From UHGV virus genome UHGV-0143644: a stretch of DNA of 26,059 nucleotides; one strand, 5' to 3'. A model generated the notes under the pieces. That model made no database searches. It was not told the origin of the DNA and saw only the letters and a list, made by a program, of their open reading frames with translations. Made by a program: the position numbers and the translations under genes. Positions 9,581-17,904 of this stretch are shown here, piece by piece. The stretch is from a virus. Every line of letters begins with the position of its first letter. The stretch's first letter is position 1.

Positions 9581-9614
9581 GCGCTTTGTCAGCGCATCAT
9601 CGAAGTTAAAGAGC
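9581..9614 (-). promoter_or_regulatory. nutL: boxA-like GGCTCTTTAA plus boxB hairpin GCGCUGACAAAGCGC
   Basis: Minus strand reads ...CAGGCTCTTTAACTTCGATGATGCGCTGACAAAGCGCG...; the boxB stem-loop with GACAA loop is the P22 type, matching the N protein. Confidence 0.75.
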
Positions 9615-9654
9615 CTGCCAATCTGTTCCGTTTGGCTGCCAGCGTCCTGCTGAT

Positions 9655-9735
9655 GGCGATGATAATGAACCAATAGTTCGATATTATCAAGAACTATAAG
9701 TACGAATTGTTTGTGGCTCATTAACTTAATGAGAT
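9655..9735 (-). promoter_or_regulatory. Candidate pL promoter and OL operator region
   Basis: Minus-strand -35 TTGATA (plus 9684-9689), 17-nt spacer, -10 CATTAT (plus 9661-9666). Inverted repeat ATAGTTC-N11-GAACTAT (9672-9696) overlaps the -35. A 17-bp perfect palindrome CTCATTAACTTAATGAG lies at 9716-9732. Confidence 0.45.
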
Positions 9736-9871
9736 ATGTTTTTGATATGTAAAGGAATTTATTTTTGTAAAGATTGAAGATTGGTCAGTAGGAGAGAAAG
9801 AATTGTTTGCTGGCGTGTTAGTTCGTGGGTTAGCACATGTGCGGATGTTAAATAAGGTAGACGATCGTGAG

Positions 9872-9899
9872 GAAAAGAAAAACCGGCGCTGAGGCCGGG
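9872..9899 (-). terminator. Intrinsic terminator downstream of the cI-distal membrane-protein gene
   Basis: Minus-strand hairpin CCGGC-CTCAGC-GCCGG followed by TTTTTCTTTT, starting 6 nt after the stop of the 9905..10804 gene. Confidence 0.65.
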
Positions 9900-9904
9900 T
9901 ATAA

Positions 9905-10804
9905 TTATTTGATTATTTCTTTTATAAAGACTTCTTTCGGTTGGTATTTTTTATCTGATGATTTGAGCTGGTACGTTATTGTTATATCAGCACGTACAGC
10001 AAATTTACCTGCAAAATCTGATGGGTTTACGTTGGGGCCAAGAACCATATTTACTCTTCGATCTATTAATCCAGGGATAACAGCAGCCCAACCTTTCTCT
10101 GGATTGTCGAGGTCTAATGCACGGATTTCAACATCAACATCAAAATGATCCTGAGTATATGACTCTGGTGTGAAGACAACTTCAGTTGGGGCTTTTTTAA
10201 TGGTTTCAGCGGGAATGGTCACTGTACCACCCCCTGTACCTATGACCATCGTAGATCCTTCGTCTGCCCTAGCTGGGGCAAGCGTCTTAATGGAACTTTT
10301 GGCAAGAGTCTTCTTATTGGTTACCGTGCTTTCTATGATTGCTTGAAGACGGTCAGGTGAAATATTAGCCTCACCGGCACCAATATTGATGATTGTATTG
10401 TTATTTGCTTCAAAGTGGGAGGTGTTGCTTGGAGCCATAGCCTTAGTTGCTAGAACTAAGCCATATCCAACCAGACCAATAACAACAGCACCAACGAGAG
10501 CGTTTCTCATTTTCCCATTTCCGATCTTTGCATGAGCGCCAGCAAGAAACTTGTCCATTTCTTCTTGGCTACCAAAGAGGAGTTTAATAACAATATCTTC
10601 ATAAAGGCTTCCTGCTTCTAATCGCGCAACATGCACCGATATATCAAGGATATTAGCCCCTGTCAGTTCCTGCAAAACACCTTCTGATTGTTTTGCGATG
10701 GCCTCCCACCCTTGAAGGGAGGTAATCACATCTTTGATGCTTACAGGTTCTTTAGTTGAATAATATATGTTTTCGGTAAAGGTTAAAGATAATTCTTGGG
10801 ACAT
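9905..10804 (-). CDS. Unknown single-pass membrane protein (299 aa) in the rexAB position; candidate exclusion / abortive-infection function
   Basis: Clean ORF with GAGGG Shine-Dalgarno 5 nt upstream. One hydrophobic helix (ALVGAVVIGLVGYGLVLATKAMA, about aa 103-125). AT-rich codon usage. Lies between cI and OL/pL and is followed by a terminator. Confidence 0.8.
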   Translation of the reverse strand: MSQELSLTFTENIYYSTKEPVSIKDVITSLQGWEAIAKQSEGVLQELTGANILDISVHVARLEAGSLYEDIVIKLLFGSQEEMDKFLAGAHAKIGNGKMRNALVGAVVIGLVGYGLVLATKAMAPSNTSHFEANNNTIINIGAGEANISPDRLQAIIESTVTNKKTLAKSSIKTLAPARADEGSTMVIGTGGGTVTIPAETIKKAPTEVVFTPESYTQDHFDVDVEIRALDLDNPEKGWAAVIPGLIDRRVNMVLGPNVNPSDFAGKFAVRADITITYQLKSSDKKYQPKEVFIKEIIK

Positions 10805-10933
10805 CCGAGCCCTCGCTGTTTCTTTCGATTTGCTGTGTTAAGCTAATATTTTAATATCCATGTTTCTGTTTGCTTGCAGTGTGTTTCTCACCACCATCCA
10901 AACGTACTGGTTACTAGCTATGTGATGATGAAG

Positions 10934-11641
10934 TCATGAACTTTTCAGCCATTCCCTGGCCTCGATGTCATCTAGGTGGCGAGATTGCTTCAGAATACCA
11001 GCTACATACTCCACCTTTGCTACTTGATGATAAGGCAACGTTATTGGCCTGTGGTCTTGGTTGATGCTTGTAAATTGGTATTCTCCGTCTCTGTCATAGC
11101 CAAGAACCTTGATCATGTTGTGCCCTTCAATGGTTCTGACAAACACCTCATCACCTGGGAATACTTTGGTGTTAGGCTCAATGAGTACATATTCTCCTGA
11201 TTTTATTCTGGGCCACATGCTGTCTCCTTTTACACGAAGACCAAAGGCATCTGGATCATCGCTATAAATCTTGAGCCACCCATCGCGCTCTTCGGTCATC
11301 TCGATGGCACCATCAACACCAAGAATTGCCTCACCAACCACGCGCACTAACCCTTTTTTTAATTTGCCAACAATTGAAAAAGTATCTTCATCATTCGCTC
11401 CATTTAACGAAGTGCCGTGCTGAAGCCAAACAACATCAACGTTTAGAAATTTCGCAAGCGCATTCATTTTTTCCTGGCGTGGTAAAGACTCAGCATTAAA
11501 CCATTTGCTAACGCCTTTGGACGAAAGAGAAAGGGCACGGGCTATGGCCATTCCCCTACCATGTTCATCAAGACCAGCTTCTTTACAGGCTTGCGCTAGC
11601 CGCTGGGCGAATTCTTTGCGCACTTTTTCATTCTGAACCAT
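10934..11641 (-). CDS. cI: CI-type prophage repressor, HTH plus LexA-like S24 peptidase domain (235 aa)
   Basis: N-terminal HTH region; C-terminal KGDSMWPRIKSGEYVLIEP...KV Ser-Lys autocleavage domain. The ATG abuts the operator with no Shine-Dalgarno, consistent with a leaderless pRM transcript. Confidence 0.9.
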   Translation of the reverse strand: MVQNEKVRKEFAQRLAQACKEAGLDEHGRGMAIARALSLSSKGVSKWFNAESLPRQEKMNALAKFLNVDVVWLQHGTSLNGANDEDTFSIVGKLKKGLVRVVGEAILGVDGAIEMTEERDGWLKIYSDDPDAFGLRVKGDSMWPRIKSGEYVLIEPNTKVFPGDEVFVRTIEGHNMIKVLGYDRDGEYQFTSINQDHRPITLPYHQVAKVEYVAGILKQSRHLDDIEAREWLKSS

Positions 11642-11719
11642 GAGTACGATACTAAAGCACTTGCAAAAACTTTCAGTTCAACCATAATGCGTACTGAAAG
11701 TACGAAAAAGGACATTCCT
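11642..11719. promoter_or_regulatory. OR operator / pR-pRM divergent promoter region
   Basis: Candidate pR: -35 TTGCAA (11661-11666), 17-nt spacer, -10 ATAATG (11684-11689). Inverted repeats ACTTTCAGT (11669-11677) and ACTGAAAGT (11693-11701) flank the -10. AGTACGA recurs at 11643, 11699 and in OL at 9698. Confidence 0.5.
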
Positions 11720-11947
11720 ATGCAAAATCTTGATGAGCCGATTAAAGGTGTCGGCATCCCTGAAGTTGCGAAGGCTTGTGGAGTTAGCGAAAGGGCTGTC
11801 TATAAGTGGCTCAAAAACGGCTTCCTCCCTAAGACTGAGTTTTTTGGGAAAACGAAATACGCATCAAAAATCGAAGAGATTTCTGGTGGCAAATATCAAG
11901 CAAGCGAAATGCTTGAAATAAGCAAAAAGAACCTTCTGGCAGCATAA
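11720..11947 (+). CDS. cro: Cro-like HTH repressor (75 aa)
   Basis: MQNLDEPIKGVGIPEVAKACGVSERAVYKWLKNGF... Start set at the second ATG, which has an AAGGA Shine-Dalgarno; the 11687 ATG sits inside the predicted pR -10. Confidence 0.7.
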   Translation: MQNLDEPIKGVGIPEVAKACGVSERAVYKWLKNGFLPKTEFFGKTKYASKIEEISGGKYQASEMLEISKKNLLAA

Positions 11948-11954
11948 GTAACAC

Positions 11955-11989
11955 CGCTCTTTATCAATCTGCACCGCCGACAACGCGGT
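11955..11989 (+). promoter_or_regulatory. nutR: boxA CGCTCTTTA plus boxB hairpin ACCGCCGACAACGCGGT
   Basis: boxA consensus at 11955-11963 followed 9 nt later by a stem-loop with a GACAA-containing loop, between cro and cII. Confidence 0.7.
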
Positions 11990-12053
11990 AACTAATTAAG
12001 AACTCATCGAAAGATGCGTATTAGTGATTATTTACCTATGGAAATAGTAAGAA

Positions 12054-12353
12054 ATGGAACAAACAAATTACAGCAAACTATCACAGCGCGACGTTGATCG
12101 CGCAGAAACAGATTTACTTATCAACCTGTCAACGCTTACTCAGCGCGGTCTGGCAAAGATGATTGGCTGTCATGAATCGAAGATAAGCAGAACAGACTGG
12201 AGGTTTATAGCTTCGGTCTTGTGTGCTTTTGGCATGGCATCAGACATCAGTCCGATTAGCAGAGCTTTTAAGTATGCGCTTGATGAAATCACCAATAAAA
12301 AACGCCCGGTGTGCAAGACCGAGCGTTCTGAACAAATCCAGATGGAGTTCTGA
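12054..12353 (+). CDS. cII: CII-like transcriptional activator (99 aa)
   Basis: C-terminus TNKKRPVCKTERSEQIQMEF closely matches lambda CII (TNKKRPAATERSEQIQMEF); N-terminal part differs from lambda, indicating a mosaic. Confidence 0.8.
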   Translation: MEQTNYSKLSQRDVDRAETDLLINLSTLTQRGLAKMIGCHESKISRTDWRFIASVLCAFGMASDISPISRAFKYALDEITNKKRPVCKTERSEQIQMEF

Positions 12354-12385
12354 GGTCATTACTGGATCTATCAACAGGAGTCATT

Positions 12386-13303
12386 ATGACAAATACAGCA
12401 AAAATACTCAACTTCGGCAGAGGTAACTTTGCCGGACAGGAGCGTAATGTGGCAGATCTCGATGATGGTTACGCCAGACTATCAAATATGCTGCTTGAGG
12501 CTTATTCGGGCGCAGATCTGACCAAGCGACAGTTTAAAGTGCTGCTTGCCATTCTGCGTAAAACCTATGGGTGGAATAAACCAATGGACAGAATCACCGA
12601 TTCTCAACTTAGCGAGATTACAAAGTTACCTGTCAAACGGTGCAATGAAGCCAAGTTAGAACTCGTCAGAATGAATATTATCAAGCAGCAAGGCGGCATG
12701 TTTGGACCAAACAAAAACATCTCAGAATGGTGCATCCCTCAAAACGAGGGAAAATCCCCTAAAACGAGGGATAAAACATCCCTCAAATTGGGGGATTGCT
12801 ATCCCTCAAAACAGGGGGACACAAAAGACACTATTACAAAAGAAAAAAGAAAAGATTATTCGTCAGAGAATTCTGGCGAATCCTCCAACGACCGTCTGGA
12901 AAAGTTTTTTTCAGCTCACCCTGAGGCAGTGATTTACACCCCCAACTTCACCAAGTGGGGAACAACTGCTGACCAGCAATGCGCAGAGTGGATCCTCGCC
13001 CTGCTCGAAAAAGTTAAACCCTTCCCGAAGAAACCCGTCATGGCCGCCTGGGCTAACGACGTACGCCTGATGCGTGAACTGGACGGCCGCAGTCATCGCG
13101 AAATATGCGAGCTATTCCAGTGGGCAAGCAAAGACGCGTTCTGGCACACCAATATCCTCTCGCCTTCAAAGCTCCGCGCTAAGTGGGACACGCTGAGCCT
13201 TCAGAGAGATGCTGGCCGCAGGACGAATACCGCGAGCACCCAGGGCATCGACTTCAACAACACAGACTGGATCAACGAGGTGTTCGATGGAAAGACTATC
13301 TGA
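12386..13303 (+). CDS. O: Replication initiator O, lambda type (305 aa)
   Basis: MTNTAKILNFGRGNFAGQERNVADLDDGYARLSNMLLEAYSGADLTKRQFKVLLAILRKTYGWNKP... matches lambda O; the ori iterons lie inside the gene. Confidence 0.92.
   Translation: MTNTAKILNFGRGNFAGQERNVADLDDGYARLSNMLLEAYSGADLTKRQFKVLLAILRKTYGWNKPMDRITDSQLSEITKLPVKRCNEAKLELVRMNIIKQQGGMFGPNKNISEWCIPQNEGKSPKTRDKTSLKLGDCYPSKQGDTKDTITKEKRKDYSSENSGESSNDRLEKFFSAHPEAVIYTPNFTKWGTTADQQCAEWILALLEKVKPFPKKPVMAAWANDVRLMRELDGRSHREICELFQWASKDAFWHTNILSPSKLRAKWDTLSLQRDAGRRTNTASTQGIDFNNTDWINEVFDGKTI
12734..12819 (+). repeat. Lambda-type replication origin: four O-binding iterons, followed by an AT-rich tract
   Basis: Four ~18-bp inverted-repeat iterons (ATCCCTCAAAACGAGGGA, ATCCCCTAAAACGAGGGA, CATCCCTCAAATTGGGGGA, ATCCCTCAAAACAGGGGGA), then an A-rich stretch at 12820-12860. 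Confidence 0.85.
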
Positions 13304-13976
13304 GCAGCTGGCGAACTGCGACCGTGAAAGCTTTCGCCGCATCGCCCATAACATGCCTGACGCCCCGGCAGAACGCCCTCAGGTTGAGCAGACGGCTGAA
13401 ATCTTCAACTCCCTGTTTAGCGCGCTACGAGCTGCATTTCCGGCAGCAATGGCTGCTTTCCGTGAGCAGAGCGAGTTCAACGAACTGCGCCGTCAGTGGG
13501 TGATGGCATTTCAAGAAAACGGGATTACCACCATGGCACAGGTGGCCGCAGGCATGCGGATTGCCCGCCGCCAGGAGAAGCCATTCCTGCCGTCACCCGG
13601 TCAGTTCGTTGCCTGGTGTAAAGAGGGGCGCTGCCTGCTGGGGTTCAGCGTTGATGACGTGATGACTGAGTACTGGAAATGGCGCCGCCTGGTGTTCCGG
13701 TATCCAACCAGCGAGCAGTATCCGTGGCCTGCGCCAGTTCTGTACCACATTTGCATCGAACTACGCCGCCAAAGCACCGATCGCCAGATGACCGAAAGCG
13801 AGATGTGCCAGGCCGCCAGTAAGGTGCTGGCTGGGTGGGAAGAGCGCGTTGCCGCAGGTAAGCCGGTACCGCCGATCCGCCGTGCTATCGCCGCCCCGGC
13901 CAAGGCCAGCGGTCCTACGCCAGCAGAGATGCTGAAAGCCCAATATGCGCAGCGCAAAGCCGCTGGTCTGATCTAA
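13287..13976 (+). CDS. P: Replication protein P, DnaB helicase loader, lambda type (229 aa)
   Basis: MERLSEQLANCDRESFRRIAHNMPDA...RRQWVMAFQENGITTMAQVAAGMRIARRQEKPFLPSPGQFVAWCKEG matches lambda P; start overlaps the O stop. Confidence 0.9.
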   Translation: MERLSEQLANCDRESFRRIAHNMPDAPAERPQVEQTAEIFNSLFSALRAAFPAAMAAFREQSEFNELRRQWVMAFQENGITTMAQVAAGMRIARRQEKPFLPSPGQFVAWCKEGRCLLGFSVDDVMTEYWKWRRLVFRYPTSEQYPWPAPVLYHICIELRRQSTDRQMTESEMCQAASKVLAGWEERVAAGKPVPPIRRAIAAPAKASGPTPAEMLKAQYAQRKAAGLI

Positions 13977-13987
13977 CAGGAGATCAC

Positions 13988-14677
13988 ATGGAAACCGTAA
14001 TTCAAGCGCTTGAGAAAATTGGCCCGGCAACATACCGCCAGGTGGCCGACCGTCTGGATATCGAACCCGTTGAGGCGCTGAACATGCTGCGCGAACAGCG
14101 CGATCAGGGGCTGTGTGATTTTTCCGACGGCGGCTGGTTCATTGGCAAAGTGACCAGCGCAAAACGCACCGCGCCAGCGGCTAAGCCGGCACTTCACGGC
14201 GTAGCGCCAGACCCCGTTGACCCCGAAGTAATCAGAACGCTGCTTGCGAAGAATGGCGCTATGGATACAGCGTCGTTGGCTCTGGAAGTTAACCGCAACG
14301 GGCGTGGAATGACATCAGCAATGCGCGCGCTCGAGCGCCAGGGTGTCGTGGTGAAGAACGGGGAGGGCAAGGGCGTAACTTGGTCACTGCCGGCGGCGGC
14401 AGCCGAACCTGAGCCAGCTCCTGCCTCACCCGAAGTTCCCGCATTAACCGACGCAGCTAAGCCGCTGGAGCAGTTCGTCAGCGAGATCCCCTCGTTTACC
14501 GAAGGGCGCGTAGCCGGGCAGGTAATCCCAACTGTGCGAGTGCTGTCCCGCGAAATCCGACGCACCAAAAACAAGCTGGCGAGCCTCGAGAAACTGCGCG
14601 ATGCGGTCCGGGTTGTTGGCCGCCATAAGGATCTCGTTAATCAGCTGGTGGGTGCGGAGGTGGACAATGGCCAGTAG
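13988..14677 (+). CDS. Hypothetical phage protein (229 aa), two winged-helix-like segments joined by an Ala/Pro-rich linker
   Basis: AGGAG Shine-Dalgarno; first of four translationally coupled genes downstream of P. Confidence 0.7.
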   Translation: METVIQALEKIGPATYRQVADRLDIEPVEALNMLREQRDQGLCDFSDGGWFIGKVTSAKRTAPAAKPALHGVAPDPVDPEVIRTLLAKNGAMDTASLALEVNRNGRGMTSAMRALERQGVVVKNGEGKGVTWSLPAAAAEPEPAPASPEVPALTDAAKPLEQFVSEIPSFTEGRVAGQVIPTVRVLSREIRRTKNKLASLEKLRDAVRVVGRHKDLVNQLVGAEVDNGQ

Positions 14678-14978
14678 CAACCTCTGGACAATCATTCGCG
14701 CCATCCAGCGCAGCGGGGAGATCACCCCGCGTCAGGTTCGCCGACTGCTGGGCTGCGACAGCAAAAAGGCCTGTCGTCTGCTGGAGCATCTCGTTTCTGC
14801 TGGTGCTTTGAAGAACATCGGCCAGCGCCGCCACCCGGTCTACGTCATGGAGCCGGGCGGGGAGACTCGCATTAAGCCAATGCCTGTGGCGCGCCATGAA
14901 CCCAGTATCGCAGAAGTTTGTCGCCAGAAGTGGCAGGGCTATCAGATCCACAAAATTATCGGGAGCGCGCTAGCATGA
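14667..14978 (+). CDS. Hypothetical protein (103 aa)
   Basis: ATG overlapping the upstream stop (ATGGCCAGTAG); the longer six-frame ORF start is unsupported. Confidence 0.55.
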   Translation: MASSNLWTIIRAIQRSGEITPRQVRRLLGCDSKKACRLLEHLVSAGALKNIGQRRHPVYVMEPGGETRIKPMPVARHEPSIAEVCRQKWQGYQIHKIIGSALA

Positions 14979-15355
14979 GTGATTCACTGAACAATATCGA
15001 CAAACAAGCTTACCAGGTGAGCAGATATGACCTTGTTAGTGGATACATGCAGAAGTGGCCTGATGGTGAGTTCGTTTATCACTCTGACTATCAGGCGCTG
15101 CTGGATGAGAAGGAAGCCGCAGAGAATCGGATCGCTGAGCTGGAGGCGAATAACGATTCGGCCCATAAAGCATTGATAAATGCGAGACACCGGACCGTAA
15201 CTATGCCGACCGGGTATTCGATTAGGCCAGGCCATCCGATTAACGAAACAGAGCGCAGTGTCATGATCCCCAAAGATGGTGGTCAATGGCTTTCTCGTTT
15301 CGATGTTGAGCATGCACTGCGGGTGGCTGGCATCCGCATCAACAGGGATGAATGA
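14975..15355 (+). CDS. Hypothetical protein with coiled-coil segment (126 aa)
   Basis: ATGA start/stop overlap with the upstream gene; predicted coiled coil QALLDEKEAAENRIAELEANN. Confidence 0.55.
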   Translation: MSDSLNNIDKQAYQVSRYDLVSGYMQKWPDGEFVYHSDYQALLDEKEAAENRIAELEANNDSAHKALINARHRTVTMPTGYSIRPGHPINETERSVMIPKDGGQWLSRFDVEHALRVAGIRINRDE

Positions 15356-15356
15356 T

Positions 15357-15614
15357 ATGGACTCATTACTGCAATACGCCTGCCGGAGAGTGGCCGAACT
15401 GGAAAGTTTGCTGCTGGTGGATGTAACCGAAACCGTCTGGCCTGCCGAGATTGGCATGGTCTACGGCCAGGTTGAAAACGCCGGGGATTTACCGGCGCAT
15501 CACCAGCGCCGCCTGAAGCATCACATCAACCGCATGTGGCTGGAGAAAATGCCGGTACCGGCTATCGTCACCGCGGCCCGGTCGCTGGCTGCCGCCATGG
15601 AGGAATACGCGTGA
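15357..15614 (+). CDS. Hypothetical protein (85 aa)
   Basis: Start immediately after the upstream stop; stop overlaps the methyltransferase GTG start. Confidence 0.5.
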   Translation: MDSLLQYACRRVAELESLLLVDVTETVWPAEIGMVYGQVENAGDLPAHHQRRLKHHINRMWLEKMPVPAIVTAARSLAAAMEEYA

Positions 15615-17599
15615 GAGAAATCATCGTTGATAACTTTGCCGGTGGCGGCGGGGCGAGTACGGGTATCGAGCTGGCAATCGGGCGCAGCGTGGACATTGCC
15701 ATCAACCACGACGAGAACGCCGTGGCGATGCACACCACCAACCACCCGGATACGCTGCACTACTGCGAATCTGTTTTTGATGTAAATCCCTTGGTGGCGA
15801 CTGCTGGCCGCCCGGTGGGGCTGGCGTGGTTCTCCCCGGACTGCCGTCACTTCTCGAAGGCCAAAGGTTCTAAGCCGGTAGAGAAGGAAATTCGCGGTCT
15901 GGCGTGGATCGTCATTCGATGGGCGCTGGCAGTACGCCCGCGCGTGATGATGCTGGAGAACGTCGAGGAGTTCAAAACGTGGGGGCCGCTTATCGTATCG
16001 GCTGATGGTGGGCAGCGCCCGGACCCGGCCCGCGCCGGAGAAACCTTTGATGCGTTCTGCGGCATGCTGTCCGACGGTATCCCCGCCGGGCATCCCGCGC
16101 TGGTGGAATGCTGCGAGTTCCTGGGCATTGCCGCCGACGGTGAACAGGCGCAGCAGCTGGTTGCCGGACTGGGCTATGTCGTCGATTACCGCGAGCTGCG
16201 CGCGTGCGACTTTGGCGCGCCGACCATCCGGAAGAGATTCTTCATGGTGATGCGCTGCGACGGTGTGCCAGTGACATGGCCGGAGCCGACCCATGGCGAT
16301 CCGAAAACACCAGCAGTGCAGGCTGGCAAGTTGGCGCCATGGCACACCGCGGCGGAATGTATTGACTGGTCTATCCCGGCGCAGTCCATCTTCGACCGCA
16401 AAAAGCCGCTGGCGGAGAACACGCTTAAGCGCATCGCCCGCGGCATCCAGCGTTTCGTGATTGATAGCGCTTCGCCGTTTATCGTGAAGTGCAACCACAC
16501 CACGACAAAGGGGAAATACGACTGTTTCCGCGGGCAGGGGCTGACTGAACCATTGCAGACCATCACCAAAACGCATGGCTATGCGATTACGGTACCGCAC
16601 CTGACGAAGTTCCGCACCGGAGCGACCGGGCAGCCAGTGACCGAACCGGTGCCAACAGTCACCGCCGGCACATCAGTACGTCCTGGCGGAAATGGGCACG
16701 CTTTGGGCGTCGTTGAGGCGGAGCTGGCACCATTCCTGGCGGGTAGTGGCGGCAGTGAGTATCAAGCGAAGCCACGCCCAATGGATAAACCCATGCACAC
16801 CATTCTGAAAGAGTCCCGCGCATGTGTTGTCGCGCCGGTGATCGCCCGGCAATTCGGTGCCAGCATCGGGCATCGGGCCGACGAACCGAGCGCCACGATC
16901 ACCGCCGGCGGGGGCGGCAAATCACAGCTGGTGTCCACGACACTGATTCAGATGGGTTACGGCGAACGCCCGGGGCAGGAGCCGCGCGTGCCAGGCCTGC
17001 ATAAGCCGCTAGGCACGGTCGTGGCTGGCGGTGGTAAGTTTGGGCTGGTGGCCGCGAATTTGGTTAAGCATTTCGGTGGTAACTACCAGGGCGCTGGCTT
17101 GGGGCTGGATGAACCAGCACACACGGTCACCACCGCGGATCATCATGGACTGGTCACATCGCACCTGGTGATGCTTCGCGGCACCTGCCGGGATGGTCGG
17201 GTGGTAGACGCGCCAGCGCCGGGGTTAACTGCGGGCGGCCTGCATGTCGGTAACGTTGAGACTAGGCTGGCGACAGAGGGCTATGACGAGCAGCGCGCAG
17301 CCCAGGCGCTGGCGTTCCTGCGGGAGTATTGCGGGACGGATTCTGACGGGCTTGTGACGGTTGATGGCGTGGTGTACCGCATCGTTGACGTTGGCATGAG
17401 AATGCTTCAGCCAGCAGAACTGTACCGCGCCCAGGGCTTCCCGAAGTGGTACATCATTGACCAGGACTACCGCGGGGTGAAGTACGCGAAAGATAAGCAG
17501 GTGGCCCGCTGCGGCAACGCTGTGCCGCCGCCCTTCGCTGAAGCTCTTGTGCGGGCAAACCTGCCGGAGATGTGCCAGCAGCAGGGGCAGGCGGCGTAA
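15611..17599 (+). CDS. DNA (cytosine-5)-methyltransferase with a very long variable region (662 aa)
   Basis: Motif I DNFAGGGGAS, catalytic motif IV SPDCRHFSKAKG, motif VI MLENVEEF, motif VIII RKRFFMV, motif X GNAVPPPF. GTG start with GGAGGA Shine-Dalgarno. About 400 aa lie between motifs VIII and X. No restriction endonuclease partner recognised nearby. Confidence 0.9.
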   Translation: MREIIVDNFAGGGGASTGIELAIGRSVDIAINHDENAVAMHTTNHPDTLHYCESVFDVNPLVATAGRPVGLAWFSPDCRHFSKAKGSKPVEKEIRGLAWIVIRWALAVRPRVMMLENVEEFKTWGPLIVSADGGQRPDPARAGETFDAFCGMLSDGIPAGHPALVECCEFLGIAADGEQAQQLVAGLGYVVDYRELRACDFGAPTIRKRFFMVMRCDGVPVTWPEPTHGDPKTPAVQAGKLAPWHTAAECIDWSIPAQSIFDRKKPLAENTLKRIARGIQRFVIDSASPFIVKCNHTTTKGKYDCFRGQGLTEPLQTITKTHGYAITVPHLTKFRTGATGQPVTEPVPTVTAGTSVRPGGNGHALGVVEAELAPFLAGSGGSEYQAKPRPMDKPMHTILKESRACVVAPVIARQFGASIGHRADEPSATITAGGGGKSQLVSTTLIQMGYGERPGQEPRVPGLHKPLGTVVAGGGKFGLVAANLVKHFGGNYQGAGLGLDEPAHTVTTADHHGLVTSHLVMLRGTCRDGRVVDAPAPGLTAGGLHVGNVETRLATEGYDEQRAAQALAFLREYCGTDSDGLVTVDGVVYRIVDVGMRMLQPAELYRAQGFPKWYIIDQDYRGVKYAKDKQVARCGNAVPPPFAEALVRANLPEMCQQQGQAA

Positions 17600-17838
17600 T
17601 GTACGACAAATACACCCTCAACCGCTGCGACGCAATGGAGTGGCTGGCCGAGCATTACCCAGACTTTCCAGACAAGATGCCAGATGTGCCCCTAAAGGCT
17701 GACTGGTGTAGTGCCAGTTTGTTTATGGGATGGCGCTTCGTGATTTTGCTCGATGGTACCCTGGTGTTTGCTGACTGCTTATCGCCTCCCATCCGCGCGG
17801 AAGATATGGCTGGCTTCAAATTACCTGACTTGGTCTGA
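17599..17838 (+). CDS. Hypothetical protein (79 aa), translationally coupled to the methyltransferase
   Basis: ATG overlaps the methyltransferase TAA (TAATG); followed by a strong terminator. Confidence 0.55.
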   Translation: MYDKYTLNRCDAMEWLAEHYPDFPDKMPDVPLKADWCSASLFMGWRFVILLDGTLVFADCLSPPIRAEDMAGFKLPDLV

Positions 17839-17880
17839 CTGCCATACAAGCGATATGAGAATCCCCATATCGACAGCCAG

Positions 17881-17904
17881 GGCCTCTTCGGAGGCCTTTT
17901 TCTC
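17881..17904 (+). terminator. Intrinsic terminator
   Basis: GGCCTC-TTCG-GAGGCC hairpin followed by TTTTTCT. Confidence 0.8.

Noticed and set aside
11687-11719. Upstream ATG as the cro start (86-aa version)
   Set aside because: This ATG lies inside the predicted pR -10 element and has no Shine-Dalgarno; the ATG at 11720 has AAGGA upstream.
15521-16600. 359-aa minus-strand ORF
   Set aside because: Entirely antisense to the well-supported methyltransferase in a GC-rich stretch where long spurious antisense ORFs are expected; no ribosome-binding site or recognisable motif.
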